Below the pieces are notes generated by a model, which was not told where the DNA came from, ran no database searches, and saw nothing but the letters and a program-made list of their open reading frames with translations. Shown piece after piece: positions 1 through 11,100 of a stretch of DNA of 64,000 bases; positions within the stretch are counted from its first letter, which is position 1; each line of letters starts with the position of its first letter. The DNA is from Klebsiella phage Magnus. Position numbers and translations under genes: made by a program. The stretch lies in the sequence record NC_049462.1, one strand, 5' to 3'.

Positions 1-1596
1 TATTATAAAACTACAGGAAAGGTAATATTTGACAACCCTCTGGCTTCAAACGTTTGGGTCGTCGCAGAGATGAATATAAAGCAGAACGTTCCAGCGTTGG
101 CGGGTAATAATGGCGCGTCTCAAATAGGGACTGAAACAGGGAAAACCGTCCAAGAAGAATTAGATTACATAGATAATCATATTGAAGAAACTAAAATTAA
201 AGCAGCTGACCCAGACTACATCATTAACCCACCGGTTGCTTCTATAAAATTCGGGGATGACGATAAAAATGCCCAGCTTGACGTTGATGTTCGCGGCAAA
301 TTGAGTGTCAGCGTACACACCAATGGTATGCCTATGGCGGAAAGGGTCCATATTCCATACAGTGAGACGACAGGATTTTACAAAGGTCCTTTCCCGGACA
401 CTATAGTGAAATTTCCTACTTCTGATGAACCGGATGACTTTAAATCTCATGGGTTCTTGTTGTCTTTTGACACAAAAAGAAATCGTCCAAGACTTTTACT
501 TTTATCCCCATATTCCACCTCGCAACATGGATTTGTCACCCCAGTTAGAACTTGGGGTAATCCATTATTACCAGAAATGGCGGATATAAATTCTATTGGT
601 AAATCTCTATCTAATAGTTATGACCAATATTTTACTTTGGACAGTAATAACAAAAACTATTTCAAATTAGCATCTATTTCTAATGGTGCTAATCTCCCAG
701 GCGCATTTTTGTCCTGTATATTGAATATAGGTGATTACACTACCAAGAAACGGGCAGTTTATTCATTAAACGTCCAAACCCCTGATTTTGCTGCTGCATT
801 GAATGTTAATTCAATAATGGATATGGTCAAATTAACATGCATAGATGGATCTAATGGTCTGACCAGTGTCGCAGCTTCCACTACTCCGACAGTAGATTCA
901 TTAGTCGTTGGATTGGTCAAAACTGCTACTGGTTTTGACGTATGGCTTTCTCTACCAGCACACAGTACATATTTTTCTTGTAACGTTATAAATAGCGGTA
1001 GTGAAGATTTAATCACGTTTGACTGGTCTATTTTGAAAAGCAATTTAGGGTTATCTTCTCTTGCGGGTAGCCCGGCGGCGGGAACTGTTTGGGCACCAGT
1101 TGACGTTGTGCTTGATAGCCGCAGGACGGTTCCTTTAAATGATGGTTCCCTTTTTAATGTTCCCGTTGGTTATATGATGCTGCGGTTGCATGCTAATGGC
1201 ACCACAGTAGCTTTAGATCCTAGGTTTCAATGGATAAGTTCATTTTGCCGAAGAAGCGTTATAGATTCAGCGACTTCAACGGTTAGTACCGTGAATTGTA
1301 CTATATCTTCTCATGTATTTACGGTCACTGGTTGTGATTTAGCCACATCACAGCCCGTTTATATAACAAAACCAAAATCTCTTACGAACCAAGGGGATTT
1401 GCGTGTTCAGATAACAAATATAGACACAACCAACCATTCTTTTAAAGTTACGGTTGTGGAAAGAACTTTGAATGCAGTTACTACTGCAACGACGAATGGT
1501 GGGGTTACGACTTACAGTACCGTGTTAAATGAAGTTTTAACTCCAATCGATCCGCCTGCTGATACTTGGATCGACGTTTTGGTCAAACTGGTTTAA
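1..1596 (+). CDS. tailspike/receptor-binding protein, probably 5'-truncated by the window edge (first ATG at 70)
   Basis: 508-aa ORF. The frame has no stop back to position 1 and there is no SD before the ATG at 70. The sequence is Ser/Thr/Asn/Gly-rich and beta-type, and it sits first in a run of four tailspike-like genes. Confidence 0.45.
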   Translation, partial: YYKTTGKVIFDNPLASNVWVVAEMNIKQNVPALAGNNGASQIGTETGKTVQEELDYIDNHIEETKIKAADPDYIINPPVASIKFGDDDKNAQLDVDVRGKLSVSVHTNGMPMAERVHIPYSETTGFYKGPFPDTIVKFPTSDEPDDFKSHGFLLSFDTKRNRPRLLLLSPYSTSQHGFVTPVRTWGNPLLPEMADINSIGKSLSNSYDQYFTLDSNNKNYFKLASISNGANLPGAFLSCILNIGDYTTKKRAVYSLNVQTPDFAAALNVNSIMDMVKLTCIDGSNGLTSVAASTTPTVDSLVVGLVKTATGFDVWLSLPAHSTYFSCNVINSGSEDLITFDWSILKSNLGLSSLAGSPAAGTVWAPVDVVLDSRRTVPLNDGSLFNVPVGYMMLRLHANGTTVALDPRFQWISSFCRRSVIDSATSTVSTVNCTISSHVFTVTGCDLATSQPVYITKPKSLTNQGDLRVQITNIDTTNHSFKVTVVERTLNAVTTATTNGGVTTYSTVLNEVLTPIDPPADTWIDVLVKLV

Positions 1597-1608
1597 GGGG
1601 AAAATTAA

Positions 1609-3255
1609 ATGAACAATTATTACATAGATCCGTCCTTTGCAGGGGCATCTGATGGAACCATAAACGCCCCTTTCAAATCTTTTAGTGCAATGTTGGCTGC
1701 AGGGATAACCCATCCCTGCACTATTGGCCTGAAAAGAGGGACGGTTCTCGTTGAGAACGTTTTGGCTGGTTCCGCATTAAAGAATACAACAAACCAATAT
1801 TCATACATAACGGATTATGGTGACAAGAAATTACCCAAACCGGTTTGGATAAACTCAACTGTGTGGGGATCACAAGAATCAGGATACACGTATACTGGAC
1901 AACATTTGACTTCAAGAAATACCAGAAATTTAATAATTTCGAATATCAATTTTTCTATGAGGTCATATGATATTTATAAACCTATCACGGGCGCTTTGCC
2001 TATAGAAACTATTTGGTTGCGGTTAGAAATTCTTAATGACAGCACAGAGCCTACAATTGACGCGAATGTATGGGTGCAGGATTGTAAATTCTCTGCGGCT
2101 GTTATTGAAGGAACTGCCCGTAGGCGTAACTATGAAGCGGTCGTTCACATTATAGTGACTTCCAATGGTGCTTATCGGGCTGATAAATTTGGCGTAAAAG
2201 GTTGTAATTTCGTTGGAGTAAGCAGGGCGATTACGTGTACAGGAAATCATTCTTATGCCGCTGATACAACTGACAACAGTCAAGGAACTTTGTATTCCAG
2301 AGGCGTGCAGGTAGAAAATTGTTCTTTCGTCAGGAATGGGCGTGGTGCTGTTTTATTCCAAGGCGTGGAAAGTGCATTGAGCGCCGAGACACCAGATGTT
2401 TTACAATCCTATATGGCCAATTGCAATTATAGTCGGTATCGTTGGGATTCTATGAATGACAACGATACTGCCCAATCTGCTGATGCTGCTTTCTGGACTT
2501 GGCGTTGCAATCGTATATTGATTGAAAGAATATATGGTGGGGGAAGTTATTCTTTAAATCTTGACTGTGAATTATTAGATTTCGATTATATGACATGGGA
2601 TTCAGTAGCCCGTCATTGTGTATCTTTTCATAATTCTGCTATATTGTTGTCGATGGGGGCTAGTAGTTTGACTTCCCAAGGAGCAGCTCGCGCTCCATAC
2701 AACTCTGGATTATATACTGTAGACCAGTATTTTTATGTTCGGAGAAATGGTCAAGGGAATAATGTTATCAAAGAGTGTGTGTCTTACAATGACGGTGTAG
2801 ATTTAGGAAATGCTGCATTTACCCCTTACGCTGGGTTTATCAAAACTGGTGGCGGGGCTGGTACATATAACTTGACAGTACAAAATTGCTTGTGTATAGA
2901 CACTGTGTCAAGATTTTCTAAGCCATTGATCACAACTTTACCTTTGATGTCCACCCCAGGACTTGAAAAAGTGAAATTAATCAATAATGTGTTCATTTTC
3001 CCGTATCTGGCTAAAGCATCGTTGTTGCCAACAATATCAGCGAGTCAAGAAGTTGCCGGGACAAGGATAGAGTCTAATAGATTTTATTGTGTTCCTTTGG
3101 ATCTTACTTCTATAAATGAAAATTTATCCCAAGGTTCCAATGTCATTAACGCGACATTTGGATATCCTAACAGCTTAGTAAATATTCCTAGACAAGTTCC
3201 GCCGAGTTTAGAAGAATCTCTTGGATTACTCAAAACTCTTGGCTTAATGTCATAA
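1609..3255 (+). CDS. tailspike protein, right-handed parallel beta-helix (pectate-lyase-like depolymerase fold), no N-terminal anchor domain
   Basis: The N-terminus 'YYIDPSFAGASDGTINAPFKSF' is the typical beta-helix entry motif. Repeated N/G/C/V rungs follow (NCSFVRNGRG, GCNFVGVS). SD 'aagggg' precedes the ATG. Confidence 0.55.
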   Translation: MNNYYIDPSFAGASDGTINAPFKSFSAMLAAGITHPCTIGLKRGTVLVENVLAGSALKNTTNQYSYITDYGDKKLPKPVWINSTVWGSQESGYTYTGQHLTSRNTRNLIISNINFSMRSYDIYKPITGALPIETIWLRLEILNDSTEPTIDANVWVQDCKFSAAVIEGTARRRNYEAVVHIIVTSNGAYRADKFGVKGCNFVGVSRAITCTGNHSYAADTTDNSQGTLYSRGVQVENCSFVRNGRGAVLFQGVESALSAETPDVLQSYMANCNYSRYRWDSMNDNDTAQSADAAFWTWRCNRILIERIYGGGSYSLNLDCELLDFDYMTWDSVARHCVSFHNSAILLSMGASSLTSQGAARAPYNSGLYTVDQYFYVRRNGQGNNVIKECVSYNDGVDLGNAAFTPYAGFIKTGGGAGTYNLTVQNCLCIDTVSRFSKPLITTLPLMSTPGLEKVKLINNVFIFPYLAKASLLPTISASQEVAGTRIESNRFYCVPLDLTSINENLSQGSNVINATFGYPNSLVNIPRQVPPSLEESLGLLKTLGLMS

Positions 3256-3268
3256 TTGGAGAACTATC

Positions 3269-3550
3269 ATGTCATTTTCTCAAACAACTGTGCAACAAGT
3301 AACTAAAACTTTACCAGATGGTACAGTCATTGGTGTGGAATCTGTGGAAGTATCCATTCAGTATATGGTGAAGTCTGTGCAAGTGACAGCAACTTCTACT
3401 GATGCTGACCTGTATTACAGTTATGACGATGGATTATCTTGGCAAATGATGGGAAAATACCCCGTCACCCTGGATTTAACGCAAGGCGTTCCATTGCTGG
3501 AACAAGCAGAAGAACAAATCAAAAATTTGGAAGCATTTTCTACGAAATAG
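3269..3550 (+). CDS. hypothetical protein (93 aa) between tailspike genes
   Basis: ORF with SD 'ggaga', tightly packed between tailspike genes. Confidence 0.4.
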   Translation: MSFSQTTVQQVTKTLPDGTVIGVESVEVSIQYMVKSVQVTATSTDADLYYSYDDGLSWQMMGKYPVTLDLTQGVPLLEQAEEQIKNLEAFSTK

Positions 3551-3594
3551 TTTGTTATCCGAAGTAACTAAAGAAAAACAACAGGAGATTCATC

Positions 3595-5577
3595 ATGAAT
3601 CCGCAATTTAGTCAGGCCGGTGGTTCCGTCTCTAAAGACGTGAACAAACAATCTATCGCACGTGTATACGGCGTTAAAATGAGCGAAGTGGCTTATTTGA
3701 AAGCCGGATTAGTATTGAATGGTTATAAGGTGTTGTTTGATAAAACAACCCAAACTTGTTGGAAAAGTGGCAACGCTACAGGTACATCGATTTCCTGGCA
3801 AGTCTCTGGTAGCTCTCTGAACTTAGTAACTACTACTGGCTCGTATGTACTACCCCTTTTTGACATACTTGCAAACCTTGGTTCAGGCGAGGGACTTCTT
3901 CACATAGGAAGTGTAGCTACCATTGCTCAATTATCCACAGTCTCCCCCGTAACGGTAGGTCAGCGCATACAAGTTACCGAATATGCTTTAGGTTATGTAG
4001 TAGGTGGTGGTAACTTTATTGTACAAAAGTCATCTGATTATACGGTTGACGGTGGGAAGGTAGTGGCATCCGCAACGTCGGGGTTGGTCTTCGTACGTGA
4101 GGAATACTATGCGTCCCGCACTGTTAAGCCCGAATGGTACGGTTGTCGTGGTAAAGGCTCGGCCATACCCGACACAGTTCCGTTTAAAACGATGCTCGGT
4201 GCTCTTGTTAATGGCGACTACATCAGATTGATGGCCAATGCTGTTTATTACAATAGCTTTCCCAATAATTCGCAGGCAACAGATGGGTGGACAATAACCG
4301 CCGATAATATCACATTAGACGGTGTGGGCGGCGCCACCCTGTCCCGCGCAACACCTTCATCAGCAAGCTACTCTGGTTTTACCACGCTCAAGATTGCCGG
4401 CAGTAAAAACCCGAGACTGGTGGGGTCACTGCTCATCACCTCTGATGACCCCACCAACAGGCCTTTATACGCATACCAAAGTTTGACCAAAATCGACTCA
4501 AGGGAGATTTTCACATCTCCCTTGGCCAATACGCTAGGCCTGTGGGCGTCTGGCGTTGATGGCCTTTATATCGATAAATCGGTAATACTGGAAAGAGCTG
4601 TCTTCCCTTACTTCGCCAATAACGGCACAAAGAACAAAAAGGTGTTCTGCACTGCCAGAAAATCAGGTCAGATTTACCCGCAGCCGACGTCAGCAAGTTC
4701 AGATTTGGCACTCGGTAGTACCTTTAAGCTGGATGCGTGTTCCGACTTTATCATGGAGGTTGTTGCCAACGATTCGGCATATGCAGGCATTGAGTCTGAG
4801 AGTAACAACGTCAATGGCAGCATAACCCTAGTAACCAATAGGGCGTACCATGCCGGACTCCATTTATGGAACAGATGTAAGAACATTACTTACAAGGTCT
4901 CCGCGACGGATATCGTTGAGGGCGGTGGCGTTATTACAGGGTATGGTTGCGAGGCATGTAGCGGTGACGTTACAGCCTATAACGCACAATACGTCGCGGC
5001 ATTCATAGGAAATTCCGCAACAACCCCCGTTATAAGCTGTAACGTAAAAGGCTCTGGGTATGGCGTGACTGATGCTGTTGTATTCTATACAACAGCTGCG
5101 AATAATGCCTATATCCAGCACTGTAACGTGGATATTACTGCCGTGCACGCTGATGTATTCTCCATCGGCACTGGCCGACAATCAGCTATCAAGTTCAATG
5201 GTGGGCAGTACTGTGACATCAAAGTAAATGCCAAAGATTTTGACTACATATTTTCACTTGGCATGGGGGCAAATAACAAATTTAATGTTGCATATAATGC
5301 ATTCAATACAGCGTTCTCGTACTCAGATCAACGATCTTTTGACAATGAGTATAAATACACTGACCCTGCTGGCAGTGTGTACCATTTGCAGGCAAAGGGA
5401 AGTTCTTATGAGTACAGGTCAGATGCTGTCACTAACCCGGTTCTTGGGTATAAGGCACTGCTAAGAAAGCAGATAGTTACAGATGGGTTTGTTAATCCGA
5501 ACCTGCCACAAACAACTGCATCGGTGGGTGGTTTTTACTATGACCCAACCACGAAATATGTAAGGGTTAATCTGTAA
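3595..5577 (+). CDS. tailspike protein with conserved N-terminal anchor domain plus a beta-helix C-terminal region
   Basis: The N-terminal ~75 aa are paralogous to the 5885 ORF (MNPQFSQAGGSVSKDVNKQSIARVYGVK vs MKTQFNQSQGSTSRETNKEAIARIFGLK). The C-terminal part is Gly/Asn/Thr-rich. Confidence 0.6.
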   Translation: MNPQFSQAGGSVSKDVNKQSIARVYGVKMSEVAYLKAGLVLNGYKVLFDKTTQTCWKSGNATGTSISWQVSGSSLNLVTTTGSYVLPLFDILANLGSGEGLLHIGSVATIAQLSTVSPVTVGQRIQVTEYALGYVVGGGNFIVQKSSDYTVDGGKVVASATSGLVFVREEYYASRTVKPEWYGCRGKGSAIPDTVPFKTMLGALVNGDYIRLMANAVYYNSFPNNSQATDGWTITADNITLDGVGGATLSRATPSSASYSGFTTLKIAGSKNPRLVGSLLITSDDPTNRPLYAYQSLTKIDSREIFTSPLANTLGLWASGVDGLYIDKSVILERAVFPYFANNGTKNKKVFCTARKSGQIYPQPTSASSDLALGSTFKLDACSDFIMEVVANDSAYAGIESESNNVNGSITLVTNRAYHAGLHLWNRCKNITYKVSATDIVEGGGVITGYGCEACSGDVTAYNAQYVAAFIGNSATTPVISCNVKGSGYGVTDAVVFYTTAANNAYIQHCNVDITAVHADVFSIGTGRQSAIKFNGGQYCDIKVNAKDFDYIFSLGMGANNKFNVAYNAFNTAFSYSDQRSFDNEYKYTDPAGSVYHLQAKGSSYEYRSDAVTNPVLGYKALLRKQIVTDGFVNPNLPQTTASVGGFYYDPTTKYVRVNL

Positions 5578-5587
5578 AGGTGAAATT

Positions 5588-5737
5588 ATGGTTGAACTTG
5601 ATGAGATGTTTAGTAACCGTGCAGTGGTTGCACAGGCTCTTTCGGAGGCTCAGGAGATGGCCGTCCAGACTGATGATGGAAACGGGGGGGAACTTACCCT
5701 GGAAGACCAAATAGCATTTGCACAAGCTCAGGAGTAG
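5588..5737 (+). CDS. small ORF (49 aa, acidic)
   Basis: SD 'aaaggtga' then ATG. Not in the ORF track (under 60 aa). Followed by a terminator hairpin. Confidence 0.25.
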   Translation: MVELDEMFSNRAVVAQALSEAQEMAVQTDDGNGGELTLEDQIAFAQAQE

Positions 5738-5804
5738 GTATTCTGACAGCTTATAACTGGTGATGGTAATCCTGTTCTAAGGATATCACTGCAATGGTTT
5801 AAAC

Positions 5805-5830
5805 AAAGCCTCTTCGGGGGCTTTTCTTTT
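5805..5830 (+). terminator. rho-independent terminator (agcctc-ttcg-ggggct + T-run)
   Basis: GC stem-loop followed by 'tttcttttg'. Confidence 0.5.
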
Positions 5831-5837
5831 GAACAAA

Positions 5838-5844
5838 CTAAATA
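5838..5844 (+). promoter_or_regulatory. T4-type late promoter core (CTAAATA) upstream of the tailspike gene at 5885
   Basis: 'aaCTAAATAcaagga' lies about 40 nt before the ATG. The same core recurs before other virion genes. Confidence 0.45.
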
Positions 5845-5884
5845 CAAGGAGACATTGTTAGAAAAACAACATGAGGAACCACCC

Positions 5885-8077
5885 ATGAAAACGCAGTTTA
5901 ACCAATCCCAAGGCTCGACTTCACGCGAGACGAACAAAGAAGCGATTGCTCGTATCTTCGGTTTGAAGAAGTCTCAAGTCGGCTATTTGTCGACATCCAC
6001 CCCAATTGACTCATATGTCATATTGTTTGACAAAGAAACTCAGACTTGTTGGTATCGTGGTACGGCAACAGGAACACCAACATCATGGTTAGTTACAGGA
6101 AATACTTGTGTTTTGAATACCAACGCGGGGGTATTCAATTTAAACATAGCTAATTCTGGGGATATTTTAAAATCTAATTTGTCTTCTGCTATAGGTTCCT
6201 CAATGATAGGGTCTGAATGGGGAGGAACAATAAAAGATGCGATGGTATTTGTTTCTCCATCAAATTATGGCGGTGTTGCTAATGACCCTAGTTTTGACAA
6301 TTCTTCGGTCATTACGCTGGCAGCCACAAATTCAAAATTCGTAGATCTTAAAGGGTTGACTTGGTATATATCAAGCCCTATATATGTCCCCTCCGGTTGT
6401 ATAATACAAAATGGGAAAATTGTTTCTACAGCAGTAAAAGATGGCCCGTTTATGACAGGAAGTATATTTGCTCCAGGTAATTATCATCCGGTTTATGTAG
6501 ATAATATAGCCAAATCCACCGTAGGGACTTCTATCAATAGTAGTATCGTGACAGTAGATCCGACTGAATTTTCTATAGGCGAATTAGTACGCATATCTTC
6601 AACTAACGGTATCACTAACGGGTCAAATGGGTTCATACCAAAATATATGCAATTAGCCAAAATCATTGGTAAAACAAATTCTACCATTATATTGGATTCC
6701 CCTATTGAATCTAGTGATAATATGGTGTTACACAAAGCTAATAACACCTCTGTGAACGGTCGGTTTGACAAACCTCTTTTCGTTTGTGAAAACTCAATCA
6801 TACGTAATATAGAGATTGATACATGGGATTATTGGACGGCAGATTCTGCCACCTACAATGTGTTATTTGAGAATATAAAAGGCAAAGCAAAATCCGTAGT
6901 ATATGGAAATACATTTTGTAGGACAACTTTCAAGAATATTAATATTGCTTTCAGAAATAAAGCTTGTGAATTGGCGTTTGGTACGCATAACACATTACTA
7001 GAAGATATAGAATTTATTTCTAATGAAAGTGATTTTGTTATGGGTCCGGCAGAAGCGCCGACATACCTCGGCATTAGTCTTGCAGAATCAGGGCGTCATT
7101 GTACATTAGAGCGTTGGAAATTGCTTTTGGGTTCTAACGCAACTCCTCCAACAGTCTTCCGTATTTCTAGCCATTCTGATGTTATAGTCAGGAACGGTGA
7201 AATACGGATTGTTAGTAATACTAACAACGTGATGTCTGTAGAACATTATGGTGGCGAACGGTGTTCATGTGAAAACATATTATTGGAAAATATTTCTATA
7301 AATATTTCGGGTTCAGCTACAGTAGTGATGGACGTTTATAAATCCGCGGACGACTCGGTTATCAATAATGTTGAGTTTAAAAATATCTCATATTCAGGGG
7401 TTTCTCCTTCTGTTTCTCTGATCAGACAAAGGGGGACAGTGAACAATCCAGTAACTGGTATTAGAGGTTCAATAAAAACTAAAGTCACAGGAGCATTCAA
7501 CGTATCCAATGCTTCCGAATATGATTTTAAACTGTATGGACCTTTTACTTTGTCTAGCGCGATAGCGTTAGACGCATATGGGAAAATACAGTTAATAAAT
7601 TCATCCAGGACTGGATTGAAATCTCAAAATTACACGACCAGCACGATTACTCAAATAACCAGCACAGATCCTGCCAATAAGGTTTGGGGATTCAATTATC
7701 CAGCAGGTTCACTGAGGTCTTCAGATGAAATATCATTGTTTATATCAGGAAGTTATGGACAACTGAACGGGACTAAAAACATATCAGTTGGCGTCGTTGG
7801 GTCATCTGGGGAAGTGTTGACTACATTGAGCGCATTGGCTACAGAAGAAGGATTTGCCACATTTGATTTGAGATTGCGGGTGGTTTCTGATGTATATGTG
7901 CTTTTAAGTGGTTATATGATAAAGGGGAACGTTATCACTCCGGTGAGATCGTTAGTTCCTGTTAATTCATTAGCAACGAATGCTTTGGTCATGAACATAT
8001 ATGCTTGGAAGCAGAATTTAGCTGATGGGTTGGCTATCCAGAAATTAACCGCTAAGTTGGTTGATGTCACAGGTTGA
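5885..8077 (+). CDS. tailspike protein with conserved N-terminal anchor domain (paralog of the 3595 gene) plus a different beta-helix C-terminus
   Basis: ORF track 5855..8077. The internal Met 'MKTQFNQ' at 5885 aligns with the start of the 3595 gene. Beta-helix-like repeats follow. Confidence 0.6.
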   Translation: MKTQFNQSQGSTSRETNKEAIARIFGLKKSQVGYLSTSTPIDSYVILFDKETQTCWYRGTATGTPTSWLVTGNTCVLNTNAGVFNLNIANSGDILKSNLSSAIGSSMIGSEWGGTIKDAMVFVSPSNYGGVANDPSFDNSSVITLAATNSKFVDLKGLTWYISSPIYVPSGCIIQNGKIVSTAVKDGPFMTGSIFAPGNYHPVYVDNIAKSTVGTSINSSIVTVDPTEFSIGELVRISSTNGITNGSNGFIPKYMQLAKIIGKTNSTIILDSPIESSDNMVLHKANNTSVNGRFDKPLFVCENSIIRNIEIDTWDYWTADSATYNVLFENIKGKAKSVVYGNTFCRTTFKNINIAFRNKACELAFGTHNTLLEDIEFISNESDFVMGPAEAPTYLGISLAESGRHCTLERWKLLLGSNATPPTVFRISSHSDVIVRNGEIRIVSNTNNVMSVEHYGGERCSCENILLENISINISGSATVVMDVYKSADDSVINNVEFKNISYSGVSPSVSLIRQRGTVNNPVTGIRGSIKTKVTGAFNVSNASEYDFKLYGPFTLSSAIALDAYGKIQLINSSRTGLKSQNYTTSTITQITSTDPANKVWGFNYPAGSLRSSDEISLFISGSYGQLNGTKNISVGVVGSSGEVLTTLSALATEEGFATFDLRLRVVSDVYVLLSGYMIKGNVITPVRSLVPVNSLATNALVMNIYAWKQNLADGLAIQKLTAKLVDVTG

Positions 8078-8079
8078 CA

Positions 8080-8106
8080 AAAGCCCCTTCGGGGGCTTTA
8101 TTCTTC
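8080..8106 (+). terminator. rho-independent terminator (agcccc-ttcg-ggggct + ttattcttc)
   Basis: Perfect 6-bp GC stem with a T-rich tail. Confidence 0.55.
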
Positions 8107-8128
8107 ATACGATGGGTTGTGTGGTATA

Positions 8129-8135
8129 CTAAATA
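8129..8135 (+). promoter_or_regulatory. late promoter core (tataCTAAATAat)
   Basis: Lies 35 nt upstream of the start of the 1616-aa structural gene. Confidence 0.45.
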
Positions 8136-8169
8136 ATTCCAAGACAAAACTCTATAGATGGAGTACAAA

Positions 8170-11100
8170 ATGCAACAATTGAATCTTAACCGCCGCCCGT
8201 ATTGGGACGACTGGAATCCAGAGAAGCGTTTCAGCCGCATCCTGTTCCGCCCGAATCCAATCAAAGTACAGACTCGTGAGCTGAACCAGCTGCAGACTAT
8301 CCTACAGGATCAAATTGAGAAGATCGGTAATCATCTTTTCAAAGACGGTTCCATGGTAATCCCAGGCGGTTTGACTATTACCAATTCGGCTGTATCCATG
8401 AAGTTCCAGCTGGCGGGTGGGAGCGAATTCACTGACCTGGAAGGCATTCAAGAACTGTATGTGATTGGCAAAGACAACAACGCCAAGGCCCGTGTATTGT
8501 CTCTGGAACGCTACACCAGTGAACCGGATATGATGTTCTGTATCCTGGAAATGACCGAGTCCGGCACTGCCGATGGATTCAGCCCGAACGATAATCTGTA
8601 CTTCAACACTTATGATGTGAATGATAACTTCATCCGCATCGGTTATGGTGTTGCTCAGACTGTCGGTGGTTCTATTGTTGCTCGGATGACCAAAGGCGTC
8701 TATTTCGTTCGTGGGTTCTTCCTCGACGTTGACGATGATATGTTGGTCGTCAACAAATATGCAAACAACACCAGCCATCGCGTCGGGTTCAAAGTTACTG
8801 AAGAAATCGTGACTGAAGAGCAAGATAGTAGCCTGTTCTCCAATGCCCAGGGTACACCGAACACCAAAGCGCCGGGCGCTCATCGCCTTCGTTTGGATCT
8901 GAGTCTTCAGGCGTTTGATTATGACGCAGAAGTCGAAGATTTCGTTGAGCTGGCGAAGATCAAAGACGGTAAAATCCAGTCTATGGTCACCCAATCGACA
9001 TACAATATCCTCGAAGACACTATGGCCCAGCGCACCTACGAGCAAGCTGGTGACTACAACGTGTCTACTCACCAGATAGACCTTCGTGAACACCTGAAAG
9101 AAAACAACAATGGTGGGGTTTATACTCCGTCCGAAGGTGGCGATGAAAGCAAACTGGTTGCGGTAATGAAGCCGGGCATTTCTTATGTCCGTGGTCGTCG
9201 TATTGAGAACGTCGGGGAAGAACTCGTCATCATTGATAAGGCGCGTGATACAGACCTCCTGAACAACACACCAGTTGCTGTAGCGACAGGTAATTTCCTG
9301 ACGACCAAGAACTCTAAAGGTGTTCCTGTTATCAGCCGTAGTATTCGCTACAAATTGCTGAATGCTTCTGGTGTTACTCAAGCGACTGCCCTGTGTATCT
9401 CCGTTGACCGTACCGGGACGGAATTCCGTCTGTATATGCGTGACCTGGTCGTCACTGGTGATATGAGCACGGTCACCAAGGTCGCTTACGAAGAAAGCGG
9501 GACCACGATGTTCTCGGCAGCGTTGGAAACTAATCAGTTCTCACAAAGTTCATCTATGGACCTCATATTTGAACTGCCTGTGTTTGGCGTGAAAACTCTG
9601 GCACCGACCGGGACGATTGATATCAACTACACCGTCTTGCGGTCTTACAAAATTACACTGGACGCATCAGGCAATGGTTCTATATCCGCACCGCTGGGAT
9701 ACAGCTTTTCTCCGGAATTTTCTCTGTATTCCGGGGCTAAATCTGACGGAACCGCCGCCCAGATCGATATCTCCAGCAGCCTGTCTCTGACCGGTACGCC
9801 TGTTGGGTCGGCTCTGCAGATTTCTCTGGGTTCCGGTAATGCTCTGCAGTCTATCAACCTGTTGGCGCTGATGGTACGCACCACTGCTATCATCAAAACC
9901 AAAACTGTTACGACGGCGACTGAGACTGTGACCTTCACCAACCAGGCCAGCATCCAGCTTGCGAACCATGACGGCTACAAATTGACTTCCGTCAAAAATG
10001 CCAATGGCGCTGACGTGACCTCTAACTTCACTCTGGATGGCGGGCAGCGTGATGCGGCGTATTACAAGTCCAGTCTGATATCGGCTACTGGAGCTATTTC
10101 AGGGGCGTATACGGTGGAATACACGTATTTCGCTCACAGTACTGGTGACTTCTTTACGGCTGATTCGTATACTTCGATTGATTACAAATCAATCCCGAGT
10201 TATACGTCAAGCACGTCTGGTACAGTGTATGGCCTGGCCGACAGTATTGACTTCCGTCCTAAAATCACCAACGGGGCGTCTGATACTGATATGGTGCGGC
10301 CCAATACGGCTATCATCATGGACGTTGAATATTATCTGCCTCGGATTGATGCTGTGTACCTGGCAGACAACGGCGTTTTCAACGTTGCTCGTGGTATCAG
10401 TTCGAACAACCTGGCGGCTCCGGCTATCCCGGCAAACGCCATGCGTTTATATGAACTGTTGATCCCTCCGTATACTCCGGATATTGACGATATCCAGATC
10501 CGCACTATCGACAATCGCCGCTACACAATGCGTGACATCGGTAAACTGGACACCCGTATATCGAACGTCGAGTACTACACGACGCTGTCTCAGCTGGAAT
10601 CTTCGGCTATGACCCAGCAAGTATTCGATCCGGTAACAGGCAACCCACGCTACAAAAATGGTATCGCCGCCGACCCGTTCAAAGACTTCCGTCTGATCGA
10701 CGATTTGTCTCCCGACTGGATGGGTTCTGTAGATACTGATAATGGTCGTCTGCGCCCGTTTGTACAACAAAACGCGATTGATCTGGTTCCAGATGGTTGG
10801 AACAAGGTTATGGACGGCATGGTTGTGTGTCAATACACTCCGGAAATTTCTGTCAATCAGGAATATGCGACGACGACGATCAACGTCAACCCGTATGCTG
10901 TGTTCAACTGGACGGGTTTCCTCAAACTCAATCCGACAACAGATTACTGGTTTGAAAACTACTATGTTGCGCCTCGTGTTATCAACGAGACGATCAATAC
11001 CCGTGGTGCCGTTCAAGAAGGTACGGTTTACGGTACATGGCGGACAGTTTCTGTTTCTGAGCGGGTATGGGAACCGCATGGCGCGGGCGGCGTTTGGTGG

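Noticed and set aside
70-72. ATG at 70 as the true start of the first tailspike gene
   Set aside because: The frame is open back to position 1 and there is no SD. The gene more likely begins upstream of the window, so it is annotated as probably 5'-truncated.
8302-9381. 359-aa minus-strand ORF inside the giant structural gene
   Set aside because: Entirely antisense to a well-supported + strand CDS. No SD. The composition reflects the mirror of the sense codon bias. Spurious.
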